The notes under the pieces were generated by a model. The model was not told the DNA's origin. It saw nothing but the letters and a program-made list of their open reading frames with translations, and did not search any database. Below, in pieces: positions 1 through 12,005 of a stretch of 64,000 nt of DNA; the stretch's first letter is position 1, and every line of letters begins with the position of its first letter. The DNA is taken from positions 4,836,001 through 4,900,000 of the forward strand of contig JAQFVV010000002.1 in assembly GCA_028023455.1 (NCBI GenBank). The letters run 5' to 3'. The position numbers and the translations under genes are program-made. Source of the DNA: Epiperipatus broadwayi (Eukaryota; Animalia; Onychophora).

Positions 1-884
1 TTTTAGGTAACCAGAAACAAAATATGTCAATCACAAACCTTTCTTCAAATTTAATTTTTTCTAACTCCAGTGTTATTAAAAATAGCTAAACAAACAATCT
101 ATCCCATCCTAGTTTTGAACTAATTGTCTGTTTAAAATAACATTTTTACTTTGATACCAACTACAATTCAAACAAAAATCTTGCCTCTATTATTTGCATC
201 ATTGCAATCCATATAAAATACAGATTTTTCCAAGACTGCATGGTCACTTAATGAAATAACTTTAAATGTAATCTTAATGACATATGTTTATAATATTAAG
301 ATACTACATGTATAATAGAGTGAGTTGGGGTTTCCCTTTCTCTTAATGCTTAATAGTGTTACTATATATTTCATTATATTTTATTATAATTCTTCCCTTG
401 CATACCTCTGTGACTGCAGAATGGCATGCCTTTTATTTTATTCTATTGTTTATGTTGCAATATATATATATATATAAAACACTCCATGGCTATATTATTT
501 TAGCCACAAAAAAGAAATCATGAATTTTATCAGTTTATTTAAAAGGTCTGCTAAAATTTGAGCTTGCTTTATTTAAAAGAACGAGACTGAAATAATACAG
601 CTATGGGGCACTTAAATATTTCATATAGATTTTAGCCAGTGTTATGCATTGCTTATATATATATCACTTTTTTACAACTTCTATTTATTCATATTATTCA
701 CATCAAAACAAATAAAATAATCTAAACACACTCTTTAAAAATTTATCATAGATTTTAAATAACTCAAACTCACATACCAGATAGCTATATAAATATACGC
801 TTGATCGGTTTTAGACCCATCTTACATAAATACTACATTTTTAACTTCATTTTTTTTTCATAAATTACCTTTACTTTCTTCAAT

Positions 885-1963
885 AATAGATGCAGAGCTC
901 TATATTGTGATGCTGAACGAGACGACCCATACTATCTGTTTATCTGAGTTTGAGAATGCTAAAAATCCCACGAAAAAATCAAGATTTAGATTTTATTCTC
1001 TTTCCTGATGATCAGCAAAACGAAACAGACTGAAAGGGAATATAGTGAGAAGGAATACACCTTAGTAAACAACGATTTGACGGGCAAACATTTGATTTTT
1101 TTTCAAAACTTGCTTTCTCAAGATATAGATGCAGAGGCTCTATTAGGGGAGGAACGAGACAACCAACTAGGCGGTTTGAAGAATGCTAAAACACCAACGA
1201 GACGAAGAGAACAAGTTGGGTTGAAGAATAGTCTAAAAAATACGCAACGAATAAAAGTTCAACTTTTGATGTTCTTTATTGCTTTCCAGCAAACTGAAAC
1301 AGACTGAAAGGGAAATAGTAGGGAAAGCGTAGAAACAAACGAGTTTGGAGAAGCACGGACAACTAATTTTATTTTTTTCAAAGTCTTGGCTTTCCAGAGA
1401 GCGAGCCCGGGGGCGAACGGACGCACTAGTTTACGGTTGATGAAAAACGAAAAGTCAACCGGGTTTAACTTTCTTATGCTTTCCTGATGAAAACTGAAAC
1501 AGACTGAAAGGGAATATAGTAGAGAAGAAACCGATTTAAAACAAACAGATTTGGGGGCTTTTTTTTTTTCAACGGGTTCGATTTCCCAGGGATCGGCCCA
1601 GGTTCGGTTTGAAGCTGGAACTTGCACGAATGATTTTCATAACGGTGTTTAGAGTTTTATCGCTTCTGAAAAACTGAAACAGACGAAAGGGAATATAGTA
1701 GGAGGAAACGTTAGAAACACACGAGGTTTGGGCACGGGCAAACAATTGTTTCATTTGTTTTCAAAGTACCTGGGCTTTCTGCAGATGATTGAGGCTCTAC
1801 GTGGGAGGACGAGGCCCTCTACTGGTTTGCTGCGGTTTGAAGCGTCTAAAAACCGCGAAAGAAAGTTCAAGGTGGTTTGACGCTTATTCGCTTTCCGGGC
1901 AAAGCTAAACACGAAGGGATGTGGCGGAAATAAACAAGGGTTTGGTAGAATATCTGTGACATA
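885..1963 (+). repeat. Degenerate tandem array of about 5 units (about 180-270 bp) with a conserved core ACTGAAACAGACTGAAAGGGAATATAGT
   Basis: Core recurs at about 1022, 1295, 1495 and 1674, and decayed at about 1905. Intervening sequences are also related (for example GATGCAGAG(G)CTCTA at about 890 and about 1127). Much richer in G and CpG than the flanks. Confidence 0.8.
994..1042 (+). ncRNA. Type I hammerhead-like motif with a non-canonical cleavage triplet
   Basis: TATTCTCTTTC-CTGATGA(1005-1011)-TCAGCAAAAC-GAAAC-AGACT-GAAAGGGAATA. 994-1004 pairs with 1032-1042 (11 bp, one GU). The triplet reads ACT instead of NUH, and helix II is weak. A second CTGATGA...GAAAC copy lies at 1484-1500. Confidence 0.4.
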
Positions 1964-1971
1964 TATATATA

Positions 1972-2370
1972 TGTATAACCATTAGAAACCAACCACTAAA
2001 CACCTAAACATTCACAATAAAGATAGTAATCAATATTTCTCACTGCTGTCAAAGCAACCTTCTCATCTTTTAATAGCAACAATGGAAATCCACTCTTACT
2101 AATGGTCCATTGAATATATATGGACACTTAAAGATTGCAACTTGACCACAGAGAATGAAATATTGATACAATGAAGTTTAAATAAACATGAAGTAAACAT
2201 GTCCATGTAATGCAGACTAATAAATAGTTAATTATATATAACATTACAAACTGTAATACTTTTAAATTGCTCATGTATTATTTAAATAATAAGTGAAATA
2301 ATGCTTAAAGCTAAATGGGATAATTATGTAACCATTAGAAACCAACAATAACCACCTAAACATTCACAAT
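1972..2370. repeat. About 45 bp direct repeat pair separated by about 300 bp
   Basis: TAACCATTAGAAACCAAC...CACCTAAACATTCACAAT at about 1976-2018 and about 2328-2370. Confidence 0.75.
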
Positions 2371-3145
2371 CTATTCATCTTCCACAACTGATACACATGA
2401 TCATTCACATATTAAAAAGGTTAAATGATCCTCAATATATGTATTTCATGTAGAACCATCACTCATCAGTTGTGCTAGATTATAATCACCCACACATGTA
2501 TACAATCAATGCTCAGCTTATATTAAGATAGCAATTTCATAAACTCTGATAGACAGTCTTCAATTCTCTCACTCTTCGAACAATTCAATTGATTTCATTG
2601 AAAAAATGGAATGCTCAAAGTCTTTGGTGTGTGTAGTCATGTGCATCTGTTGTTTGAGATAGAGTGGAAGATGAATACAGACTGAAAATTTAAAGTTCAG
2701 ATTCCTCTCTTTATTATAATAAACATTCAGTATACTGAATAAAAAGGTTTATTACATATTGCCTTGGAAAAGTTACATCATAGTATAAGTCCAGTCCATT
2801 TTTCTATTAATATAAAAGAATATATAATAATCTGATAATATGAGGGGTTAGATTGATGTGATGTCTACATAGGTATAACTATAATGTCAAATCAACCAAG
2901 GACTTTGAGGATTTTATCAGTTTTTCAATGAAATGGAGAATTGAATTGTTGTAAGGATGAGAAGATTGAAACCTGTTTAAGGAATTGCTATCTTAATGTA
3001 AGCTGAAAATTGATTGTGTATATATGTGGGAGATTATGATTTAGCCAACTCATGAGAACTGGTTCTGCACAAGTATATGTTTTGGGGGTTATTTATCTTT
3101 TTCAAATGTATGGACATGTGGATCAGTTGTTAGAGATGGATTAGA
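2370..3145. mobile_element. Old inverted repeat (about 250 bp arms, about 270 bp spacer) with HHR remnants; PLE pseudo-LTR-like
   Basis: 2370-2620 is the diverged reverse complement of 2890-3145 (for example TAAGATAGCAATT / AATTGCTATCTTA). Minus strand 2472-2433 reads CAA-CTGATGA-GTGATGGTTCTACAT-GAAA-TACATAT-A-TTG. The partner arm has CTCATGA-GAACTGGTTCTGCAC at about 3051. Confidence 0.6.
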
Positions 3146-3959
3146 GGATAAATATAGCTAAAGATCCTAAGTTCAAATCCCTCTATTTACTATGGTTGCT
3201 ATAATTTAAAATTTATATATATAACACATATGTAATAAAATCAAAAATCAACTCTCAAAAATGTTGAAATCTAAAAAATTTTAAAATTATTTTTATTGTC
3301 AAATTTATTTTAATTATTTTTTTAAATTTTAATATTATCACATAATTTAAAAACATCCTCATTCCTTTCACATTGTAAAAATATATCTTAACCTTACTAA
3401 TCTATTAAAATGTTTAATTTAAATAAATACTGGATCTAAACCAAGCCCTAACCATTGCATACTAATAATTTTAGTTGTGATCCTCTGCCAACAGCTGCTT
3501 TCAATAGAGGAAATTTTATTTTAAATAACATCTCAATTCCCATGATAACAAAAACAGTAGATTTATTATGATAAATATACATCTACTTCTAATTTTTTTT
3601 AATATTTCAGTAAAAATTTAAAGCTATTATTCTGATTTGATATGTTTTTATGCTTCAGTTGTTTATCTAACTAAGTAAATAAAGTAGACCGAAACATGTA
3701 TGCACGATCATTTTCTAATAATCTACATTTTGTAATCGTTTTTTTTTTTAAACTAAAAGAACATGTGAAGGTTAATTCTTTTTTTGAAAAATTAAAATGT
3801 GGCAGTCTTTATATAATATAGTAAATGCAAAATCTCATATTAAATATCATTATCATCAATTGGTAATGAAGAATATGAATATTCCAATTAAAAATAAAAA
3901 ATTACTCTAGAGATAGGTTTTGCCAGTACTATGCATAGACAATACTAATTCTTTTTCTG

Positions 3960-4330
3960 TTTATTTGATACTTTGTAATGCTATCATTTATCTTCTGCAA
4001 AAAATTTTCTTATTGAAATACTTCAAGATTATATATAATTGTAGTTCTCCAATATACTCTATTCTCTACTATGTCTGCCCAGTGGTAACAATCAACATTG
4101 CATCTCTTTAGATTGTGTTTGAGATCATCTTTATAATGTAAATAGGGTCTATCTGTCTGAAGAAAAGCATACTTGATGTTCCCCTAAAACAACCATTTGA
4201 AAGCTTTCTATTGTTCATTCACTTTACATGTCCAATTCAATCAAGATGTGATTTTAAATAGTAGTTTCTATAGCATGGATGGGGAAGTTCTTTGACAATA
4301 AGATACACCTACATAAATTTTTGAATATCC
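3960..4330 (-). mobile_element. Decayed 3' end of an RTE-like LINE
   Basis: Manual translation gives LD*IGHVK*MNNRK and RPYLHYKDDLKHNLKRCNVDCYHWADIVENRVYWR, matching the RTE C-terminal LRWLGHVxRM and GRPxLRYKDxLKxxLK...W..R pattern. Confidence 0.65.
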
Positions 4331-4424
4331 ATGAGCCACAGAAAATATTATTTTAAAACTGAATTAGTAATACAAAATACAACTATGCAAATAGTTCTAT
4401 TCATCAAAAATAATTATGTAATAT

Positions 4425-6250
4425 ATATTCACTGAAAGCTTTGATTTATGCACTTAATAGTTTAACATCTTATAGTAGGATGTCAAAGCTAAAAAGCTCA
4501 ATGGGGTGGCATTCAATGAGGCTAGTATGATGCTTTGACTAAATAAATTTTATTACAGAAAAAAGAATTTCACAGTAGCAAGTTGTCCCAAAACTAGACA
4601 ATAATGAGAAGCCAGTTTTCTAAACATTAAATTACTTTGTTTTAGGATTTGTTTCTAAAAATCAATTACACTAGCTTCAAATCCACATCTTTCTGCTAAT
4701 CAATAAACTGGATCTTCATCAAAGCAATATATGCAGTAAAGATTGCTGTAATAGAACATATCATTTATGACATGAATCTAAAAACATTTACATGAAATTC
4801 AATGTATGGCATTAATATTTTTAATTTCTTAAACTAATTCTCAAAATTATTATCAAGTGATTCTAAGTTTTTATTATATTGTTTCCACTTCTTTGTCTTC
4901 AATTTCAGTATCAGGAAAGCAATTATTCTTAATTTAAAATCAAGGAAGTGCTCAATTTTTTGTTGCCAGACTTCTTTAAAAATGTTTTATTTTAATTGTG
5001 AAAATTAAATAGCGAGTTCTGCAATAACTTTTTCTTTTTTTAAGTACTAAATTAAATATTGGGTTGCTGGATTACATCTACAATGATAATCAGATCTTGC
5101 ACTCATTCATGATCTTTTTGTTTTGTGTATTATTTCTCTATCATAAAATCTATAATTGGTTCAAAAGGAGCAACATACTTATTCCAAAGATTTGTAATTG
5201 ATTGACATCTTACAAACATTATCACTTGGCCCTTCTTCAAGCTCCACCTCCTCAATAAAATGTCTAAATTCACAGTGTGATTTTGTAATAATCTTGAACA
5301 AAAAATATTTTAAAATAGAATTTATGACATTATTATACTTAAAAGTGTTTGCTTTTAAATGCTCAAAGTGAATGATACTTTGAGTAAAAAGACATTCCAA
5401 ATAGTTGATAAAATGTATCAAATGTTCAACTAGGCTGGTATTTTTACTTACAGTAGATAGTGTTTTATCTGTTGCAATGCTGTTTTCTTTTCTCTCATCA
5501 CATTTATGCTACCTAGTGTAAGATTTAGTAATTGATAAATGCTAGATAGTAGTGCTTATTAAATCTATATCTAGTGATGCCTTATCCATTAAGTTGGGAT
5601 CATGTGGTTATTTATATGAAATGGTAGGTTGTCTTAAGTTTTATTAAGAGCATTTATAATAATACTTTTCCCCCTTTGAGTTTATTATGTCTATAACTTT
5701 TCTTTTGCATTTTCATAATTTTTAACATAGTAAGTAAATATAGCTAGTTGAGAGCCATCTTCAGTATCTGTATATTCATCCAATGCTAAATTAAAAGCAA
5801 TATAGCATTTTAAATCATCTTTCAGTGAACATAAGTTTGTAAAAATAATGTCAGAAATATGTCTCTCACCAGTGTGACAAAAGAAAAAATGTTCTATTGT
5901 CTGATTAAGTTTTCAGTTCTTTGGAGATAGAACTGCAATCTCATCACTAATATTCTTTTTTACAAATTTTTGTATGACTGTAAGAATTAATTTTGAGCAA
6001 TATTCTTAGTTATAACAAACCTAGCTTCAGTAGCCAAATCTGTTTGTTTACAGAGGAAAAATAAGCTACTTTGCTGAATGATACTAAATTAGACTTCTTC
6101 AAATATTTTTATCTTATTTCTTCACAGTTCTGACTCAGTGGGAGATTCAGGTGTGAACTTTTTGTGACTGCAATCATGGTGATGCTTTATTGTAGTGTAT
6201 GGTTGCATGAGAGGTGATATAGTGACGTTTTACCCTTAACAATAAAAGCA
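4425..6250 (-). pseudogene. Fossil hAT-superfamily transposase (SPIN/Buster/Charlie-like), many stops and frameshifts
   Basis: Collinear motifs on the minus strand: FNLALDEYTDTEDGSQLAIF (about 5810-5740, catalytic D region), SIIHFEHL and SHCEFRHFIEEV (ORF 5179-5421), then LSSFGTTCYCEILFSVIKF (about 4600-4540, hATC dimerisation motif). No TIRs found. Confidence 0.8.
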
Positions 6251-6526
6251 AAATTGGCCTACTTTTGTTGATTAAGTATTCTTTCATATTTAGCATTTAC
6301 ATTCTTCTTCTGCTCAGTCATTTTTAACAAGAGTTATATAAAATCAATCATATTTATTAAATACAAAAACCACCATTTAATCCTTCTTTTTATTGCATTG
6401 CCCAATTCAACCAACATTATTATTAACACTATTCTTTAATGCTTTATACAGATATTATATCAATGATAATATAAAATATATGTAAAATGTATGTGTTTCT
6501 GTATTCATGTATTTGTATTTACATTT

Positions 6527-6580
6527 GTTATAAATCTGAAGAAAATTGCTGGGATAATCAAAATTGTCATAATATAACTG
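6527..6580 (+). ncRNA. Degenerate hammerhead remnant related to the 39 kb family
   Basis: CTGAAGA-AAATTGCTGGGATAATC-AAAATTGTC versus CTGAAGA-AGATTGCTGAGGCAATT-GAAACTGTA at 39033; G12 has been lost. Confidence 0.45.
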
Positions 6581-6586
6581 ATATAA

Positions 6587-7985
6587 TTGTATCATCATCA
6601 TCATCAACCATTACTAATCCACTGCAGGATGAAGGTCTTTCCAAATTCAATCCACCTTCTCTGACCTTTAGCTTCTCTTCTCCACATCACCCCTGCACAC
6701 TTTCTTATTTCATCCATCCATCCATCTCACATGTGGTCTCTTACTGGGTCTTTTACAATCTCTTGGAATCCAGTTTAAGATTTCAACTGTCCATTTATTA
6801 TCATCTCTTCTAAAATATGTCCAGCCCAACTCCATTTCAAACTTTTAATTTTTTCAATGAGATCAATAACATATGTTTGTTCACTGACCCATATATTACA
6901 TTTTCAATATCTTCTTGTTACTCCCAACATGCATCACTCTATACTTTTTTGAGTGGTCTGAAGTCTCTGTATTGTTCTTCTATTAAGTGCCCAAGTCTCA
7001 GATCCATAAGTAAAAACTGGTAAAACACATTTATTAAAAACCTTCCTTTTCAAACACATAGGCATATTTCCTTTTAGTATCAAGTTATTTCTACTAAAAG
7101 CACTCCAACCAAGTTTAATTCTATGATTAATTTCATCCATTATATTTCCAACTGTATTAATAATCTGACCAAGATATTTGTAACTGCGAACTTCTTCTAA
7201 CTCATCATAATCAGTCTTTATTTTCATATTTTGAGAAAATCCATTAAACATTACTTTAGTGTTTTTAACATTTATCTTTAGTCCTACTTTCCTACTTTCA
7301 TCTGATAACTCGTGCAATATTTTTTGCAGCTCTGAAGCATTATTTGAAAAAACAACTACATCATCCACAAAAATCTAAATGACTTAAATAATCTCCATTT
7401 ACTTTCACTCTTTTAGCTTCCCATTTTAATCCACAAAATACTTCTTGCAGCACTGCTGTAAAAAGTTTTGGAATATGGAGTCACCCTGTCTTACACCCTT
7501 CTCAATGTTGACTTTCCTAGTATCATTATATAATCTAAGTATTGCTGTTGCATTTTTATAAATATTTTTAAAAATATGACAATGTCCTGGATTTATTCCT
7601 TGATGATCCAATGCTTTAATCACTGAAGAAATGTTTATAGAATCAAATGCCTTTTCATAATCTACAAATTCAAAGCATAATGGGAACTCATATTTATTTG
7701 TCCTTTCTATAACTTCTCTCAATACCTGGATATGATCTACTGTACTAAAACCAATTTTAAATATAACTTGTTCTCTTGGTTGGTGGAAATCCAATGTTCT
7801 CTGTAGACAAGTTGTAATTATCTTGATAAAAATTTTGTATAAAACTGATAAAGAGCTGATAGGTCTGTAATTTCTAATATCTTCTTTATCACCTTTTTTA
7901 AATATTAATATTAATACTGCATTCTTCCAATCATCTGGTACATCTCTATCATTTAGACATTTGGTATATAACTTTGCTAAAAATA
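6587..7985 (-). mobile_element. 5'-truncated RTE-clade LINE; reverse transcriptase disrupted by frameshifts
   Basis: ORFs 7426-7794 (FVDYEKAFDS, GVRQGD) and 6934-7368 (DDVVVF, GLKINVKNTKVM, YKYLGQ, VLPVFTYGSETW), C-terminal LKWSWAGH and RPHVRWMDEI, (GAT)n tail at 6591-6607. Possible 9 bp target duplication TAATTGTAT (6584-6592 / 7995-8003). Confidence 0.95.
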
Positions 7986-8334
7986 TTCTATTTCTAATTG
8001 TATAAAGAATTGTAAAAAGTAATGAAGTGTTAATAATAAAAATACTTACCTATATATAGTACAGTACTTATCTAGTGTTACCACTCTAAGCACATGTACT
8101 GCATAAAGAGTAGTGATCTGAATTTAAGTCAGTAGTAGTGATGATTAATGCAGTGATCATAATAATCACTTTTGGAACTAATTTTATTAGGAGTAAAATA
8201 GACTCCTAAAAACAATAAAATCCATGTAAACAACCCTTTGATAAGTACTGTTCAAAGGCTTAAAATTTAATTTGAATGTTTTGGAATATCTAATTTTTAC
8301 TTATTTTTAAAGCGTTTACAAAATAAAATATTGT

Positions 8335-8620
8335 AATAGTAATAATCAGCCATTAAGCTAATGCACATACGCTTTGTGGATTTTTAACTATAAATGAATA
8401 CTCTCACTTCCAAATACAAGATAAAGTCTTTGTGACAAGATAGAATGAATCCATTTATCCTTTCAACCAAATGTTTATGTATGGACAAATATTAAGCATT
8501 TGAGAGTGAGAGCATGAAGATGTTAAGCGATCACTTAAAATTACTTTTACTATGCCTGAATGAATAATGCTTGTGAAATTTTTTCGAATTTACAATACTG
8601 TACTATTATAAATTATTAAT
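8335..8620 (+). repeat. Single copy of the non-coding repeat that forms the 46 kb hairpin
   Basis: Collinear match to 46020-46260 (ATTAAGCTAATGCACAT...TAACTATAAATGAATACTCTCACTT...CAAGATAAAGTCTTTGT...TTACTATGCCTGAATGAAT). Confidence 0.85.
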
Positions 8621-8902
8621 AAAAAAATTTAGGAAAAGTGATAAGGAAAGTCAATATTATCTTAGGACTGCATCAAAGTAGTTTCATATCATGTAACAAC
8701 AAAACATCATATAACTTTAGCTTAGACATATTGCTAATCATTAGCATTTTTAAAAAATTCTTTCTGCTCTTTTGACATCATCTCTAAGCTTTGGTATTTA
8801 GTAGGTATAGTTTTCATCAATGTGCTCATTAAATTCATATGCAGTGCTATTCTATTGAAATATCCTCAAAATTGTTTTTAGCTCCTAGATTTTAACAGCA
8901 AA

Positions 8903-8947
8903 TTCCTGACTGATGAAGGCCATAAGCCAGAAACTGGTACTGGGACA
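8903..8947 (+). ncRNA. Hammerhead motif, older relative of the 33.9 kb family
   Basis: CTGATGA(8910-8916)-A-GGC-CATAA-GCC-A-GAAAC-TG-GTA-CTGGGA. Core intact, helix I weak, helix III palindrome broken (ACTGGT). Confidence 0.6.
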
Positions 8948-10639
8948 TTTGGATAGGACAGTACTTTATAAGGATTTGAAAAGCACTGCCATCTATTATG
9001 TTATAAATACTAAAGCTTGCACAAGATAGCAAAAGAATAGGGAAAAAAATAATAAATAGAATAGCTTTGGAAGCTGCATATGACTCACAAGTCACAGTTT
9101 TCCAACCATTATTCTATAGCAGGAATGGCCAACTTTTTTGGAAGCATATGTGTGATTAATAGGCATTGTTAGAACAATGAAGAATTATGTCATAATATTA
9201 AAATATATATATTGACATGATATGACATCATTTTTTGTAATTATTTTTCTACATTCAATTTACAAAGATGGTAGTTATAATCAGGAATTAAGCCCCTGGC
9301 TTGAATCCCATAGAATCATTTTTTTTTAATTTAAAAAACTGTTTTAAAAATATTGTTTAATTAATTATTTACTCAATTAAGGTTGAGTTTTCCAATATTT
9401 TTTATAAATTCATAATTCTAAAATGTAGTTTTTGAACACAAACTTTTAACAAAAACCTATTTATATCATTTCTTTTATAAATTTATTTGTGTTTTATATT
9501 TTTTAAATCAATATGTTTCTTAAAAAAAAAAAAAAAATTAGAATATTATTTTATCATATTTTTTTATATACTAAAACATCATTGTAGGAGTTCATAGAGA
9601 TACAATTATTTTTTTAAATAAATGCCAGTCAAATTCATTTCTTTAGCAATATTTTTTATATTCTTACATCTCTCGTATTGGATTTTTCTTCATCAACTAT
9701 TTTATTTTTATAAAATAAAAAAAAAATTTTCTCCTTCTTTTTCCATCATAATATCTCTAGAGTTTTTTCTAAAATCTATTTTTATATTAAAAAAACCATC
9801 TATTAATAGCCATTTCCTAGACCTCAGTGTATTAAAATTAATTTATCAATGGTTTTTTAGCTCGCTACAACCATGAATATAATTATTGTCTATTAAAAAC
9901 ATGTTTATGTGTATTTTGCTTAATATTAATTTTGCTATCTCTCCAATAATTTATATTGGTTGATAGTAAATAATTATAATAAAATTAAAAATTTATTCAA
10001 TTATTTTTTAGGCTAATAAAAAAAAAGTCATTATTTGAGATTTGAACCAGGGTTCTAATACTGCATTCCAACCAGAAAGAATTGTTAGAAAGCGAAAGGA
10101 TCAAATAACATAAACATAATTAGAATGAATTATAATAATACAGTATAATAACTATTATAATATATATATAATTATAAAAATAATTATTTATTTAATAATA
10201 ATTAAGTTATCAAAATAATATAATAATAGTTTATAAAGTTGTATTATAATTATATAAAAAACTATTATCTTTTAATAGGTACATCTTAAAAAGTAGGTTG
10301 AGTCTATATTTTTTTACATAACTTTTTGAAATTAAGTTGATCTGGATTTGATATTAGCAGATATTTCAGCAGCTCTTTGTTTCGTTATATTCCGTGATAA
10401 TTGTAAATTGGTTATTAGAGACGTTAATTTATTGTCATCTTATTGTGAAATAAAATTCTTTTAAAGGAGGTGTTATAGGTACAAATAAAACTATTTTTGG
10501 GTTCACTAAAAATAAATCATAACTTTTTTGAGAAAAATTTTATTAATGATTTGATTAAAGTGAAAACTTATAATATTTACTATATGGCAAATAAATTAAA
10601 TATGGAGTTTCATAATAAATACAGAGATGTAGAAGTTCA

Positions 10640-11035
10640 ACCACTATCAAGAATGCTTAAAAATGGTCATTTAAAACTGAAAAAGAGATACATTAGCATT
10701 TTCTGATTGGCTTTTTTGGAATACTCTGAATTTAACTGGAGTATTTACACTAATAAAATGAGCATTGATACCTTTATGCAAGCCAAGTTTTAATATCATT
10801 AGCCTTTCAATTAGCACATCTAGGATTCTAAATTAGATTTTACAGCAAATCCAACACCACAGATTTTTGTTTCATTGATCAATCCGTCTTTCAAAAAAAA
10901 AAACATGCAGCTATCTAAGTGTCCTTTCTCTGGAAGATGACTTTCACTTAGAACAGCTATGATGATCTTAAATCTATAGTTCCATATCTATCAGTGTTCT
11001 TTTCTATCCCAATCATGAACAGTTAATATCAAGTA
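10640..11035 (-). mobile_element. RTE-like LINE APE endonuclease fragment
   Basis: Manual translation gives IAVLSESHLPEKG, GVGFAVKSNL and IERLMILKLGL...FISVNTP, matching the APE pattern GVGFAV...ERLMxLRL...IISxYAP. Confidence 0.7.
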
Positions 11036-12005
11036 AAGTTTACACATCTTATGTATGTATATTTAGATAAAAATTAAATTTATAATACATATCTTTACTA
11101 TTATCACTGCTTTCTGATTTATCATTATTACCACTAGTATTGATAAAATTATTTATATTGCTTTAATGAGTACTCTATTTGGTGAAACTAGCCTAATTGT
11201 GTGAAATAGTTACTTTTTATTTAGAAAGTGAAGAGTACTGGGATATGATTTGTCCATGGTACTTGAATAAGCATCAAATAGGAATCTATCATTTATTTTA
11301 TATATTAATGTAATTGGATATTATACATTTTAATGTTATCTAATAGGATGATTTGATTTTATAGTATTATAAGTTTGTCAAAGTGGAGAGATAAGTTAGG
11401 TTAATTGATTTTGTATTATTATTAAGTATTTAATCTTATTATAATTAAAGTAATTAATAAGAGTATATTGACATTATTGGAATAGCATGATTGAGTTAGT
11501 ATTATTTTTTATTTTATTTAGTTATATTTAGAAATCAATTAATGAGTCATATATTTATTTAAATGTCATTGATATTTTAGATTTGTAGGGCATATTAAAT
11601 TATTATCTCATCCATTCATAAATCATTTCATTTAAATAGAAATATAAATATCATTTAACTTTTAGTATAATTTTGTGTTATTATGAACAGTATTTTGATT
11701 TATAAGCAATATTAAGATTTATTTGTTTAATTTTTTATCATTATTTTTATTCTATTATAAGTGATTTATACAATAGGCATGTCTTTGCTTACAAGATAAT
11801 GGTATTTGGTTTTATTGCTTTATCCTTAATCTGTTGCAAATAATGCTCATCTTTTTAAAATAGCTTGAAACAATGAGTTTACTTATCCATTCTAACTGCT
11901 ATTTGAATTTATGAGATTACAACAAATATTATCATCATTATTTTAATGAATTAAATGTTAGAGTGTTAATCATTGATGGATATTCACTTTAGTTTACTTT
12001 ATTAT

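Noticed and set aside
1008-1754. ORFs of 99, 122 and 61 aa
   Set aside because: By-products of the GC-richer repeat array; no recognisable domain.
885-1963. CRISPR-like repeat-spacer appearance
   Set aside because: The spacers are 150-240 bp, related to each other and in eukaryotic context, and no cas genes are present.
9285-10065. Two B-box-like segments in opposite orientation (GGCTTGAATCCC at about 9299; GGTTCAAATCTC on the minus strand at about 10045)
   Set aside because: The match is short and degenerate, so a MITE cannot be distinguished from two SINE relics.
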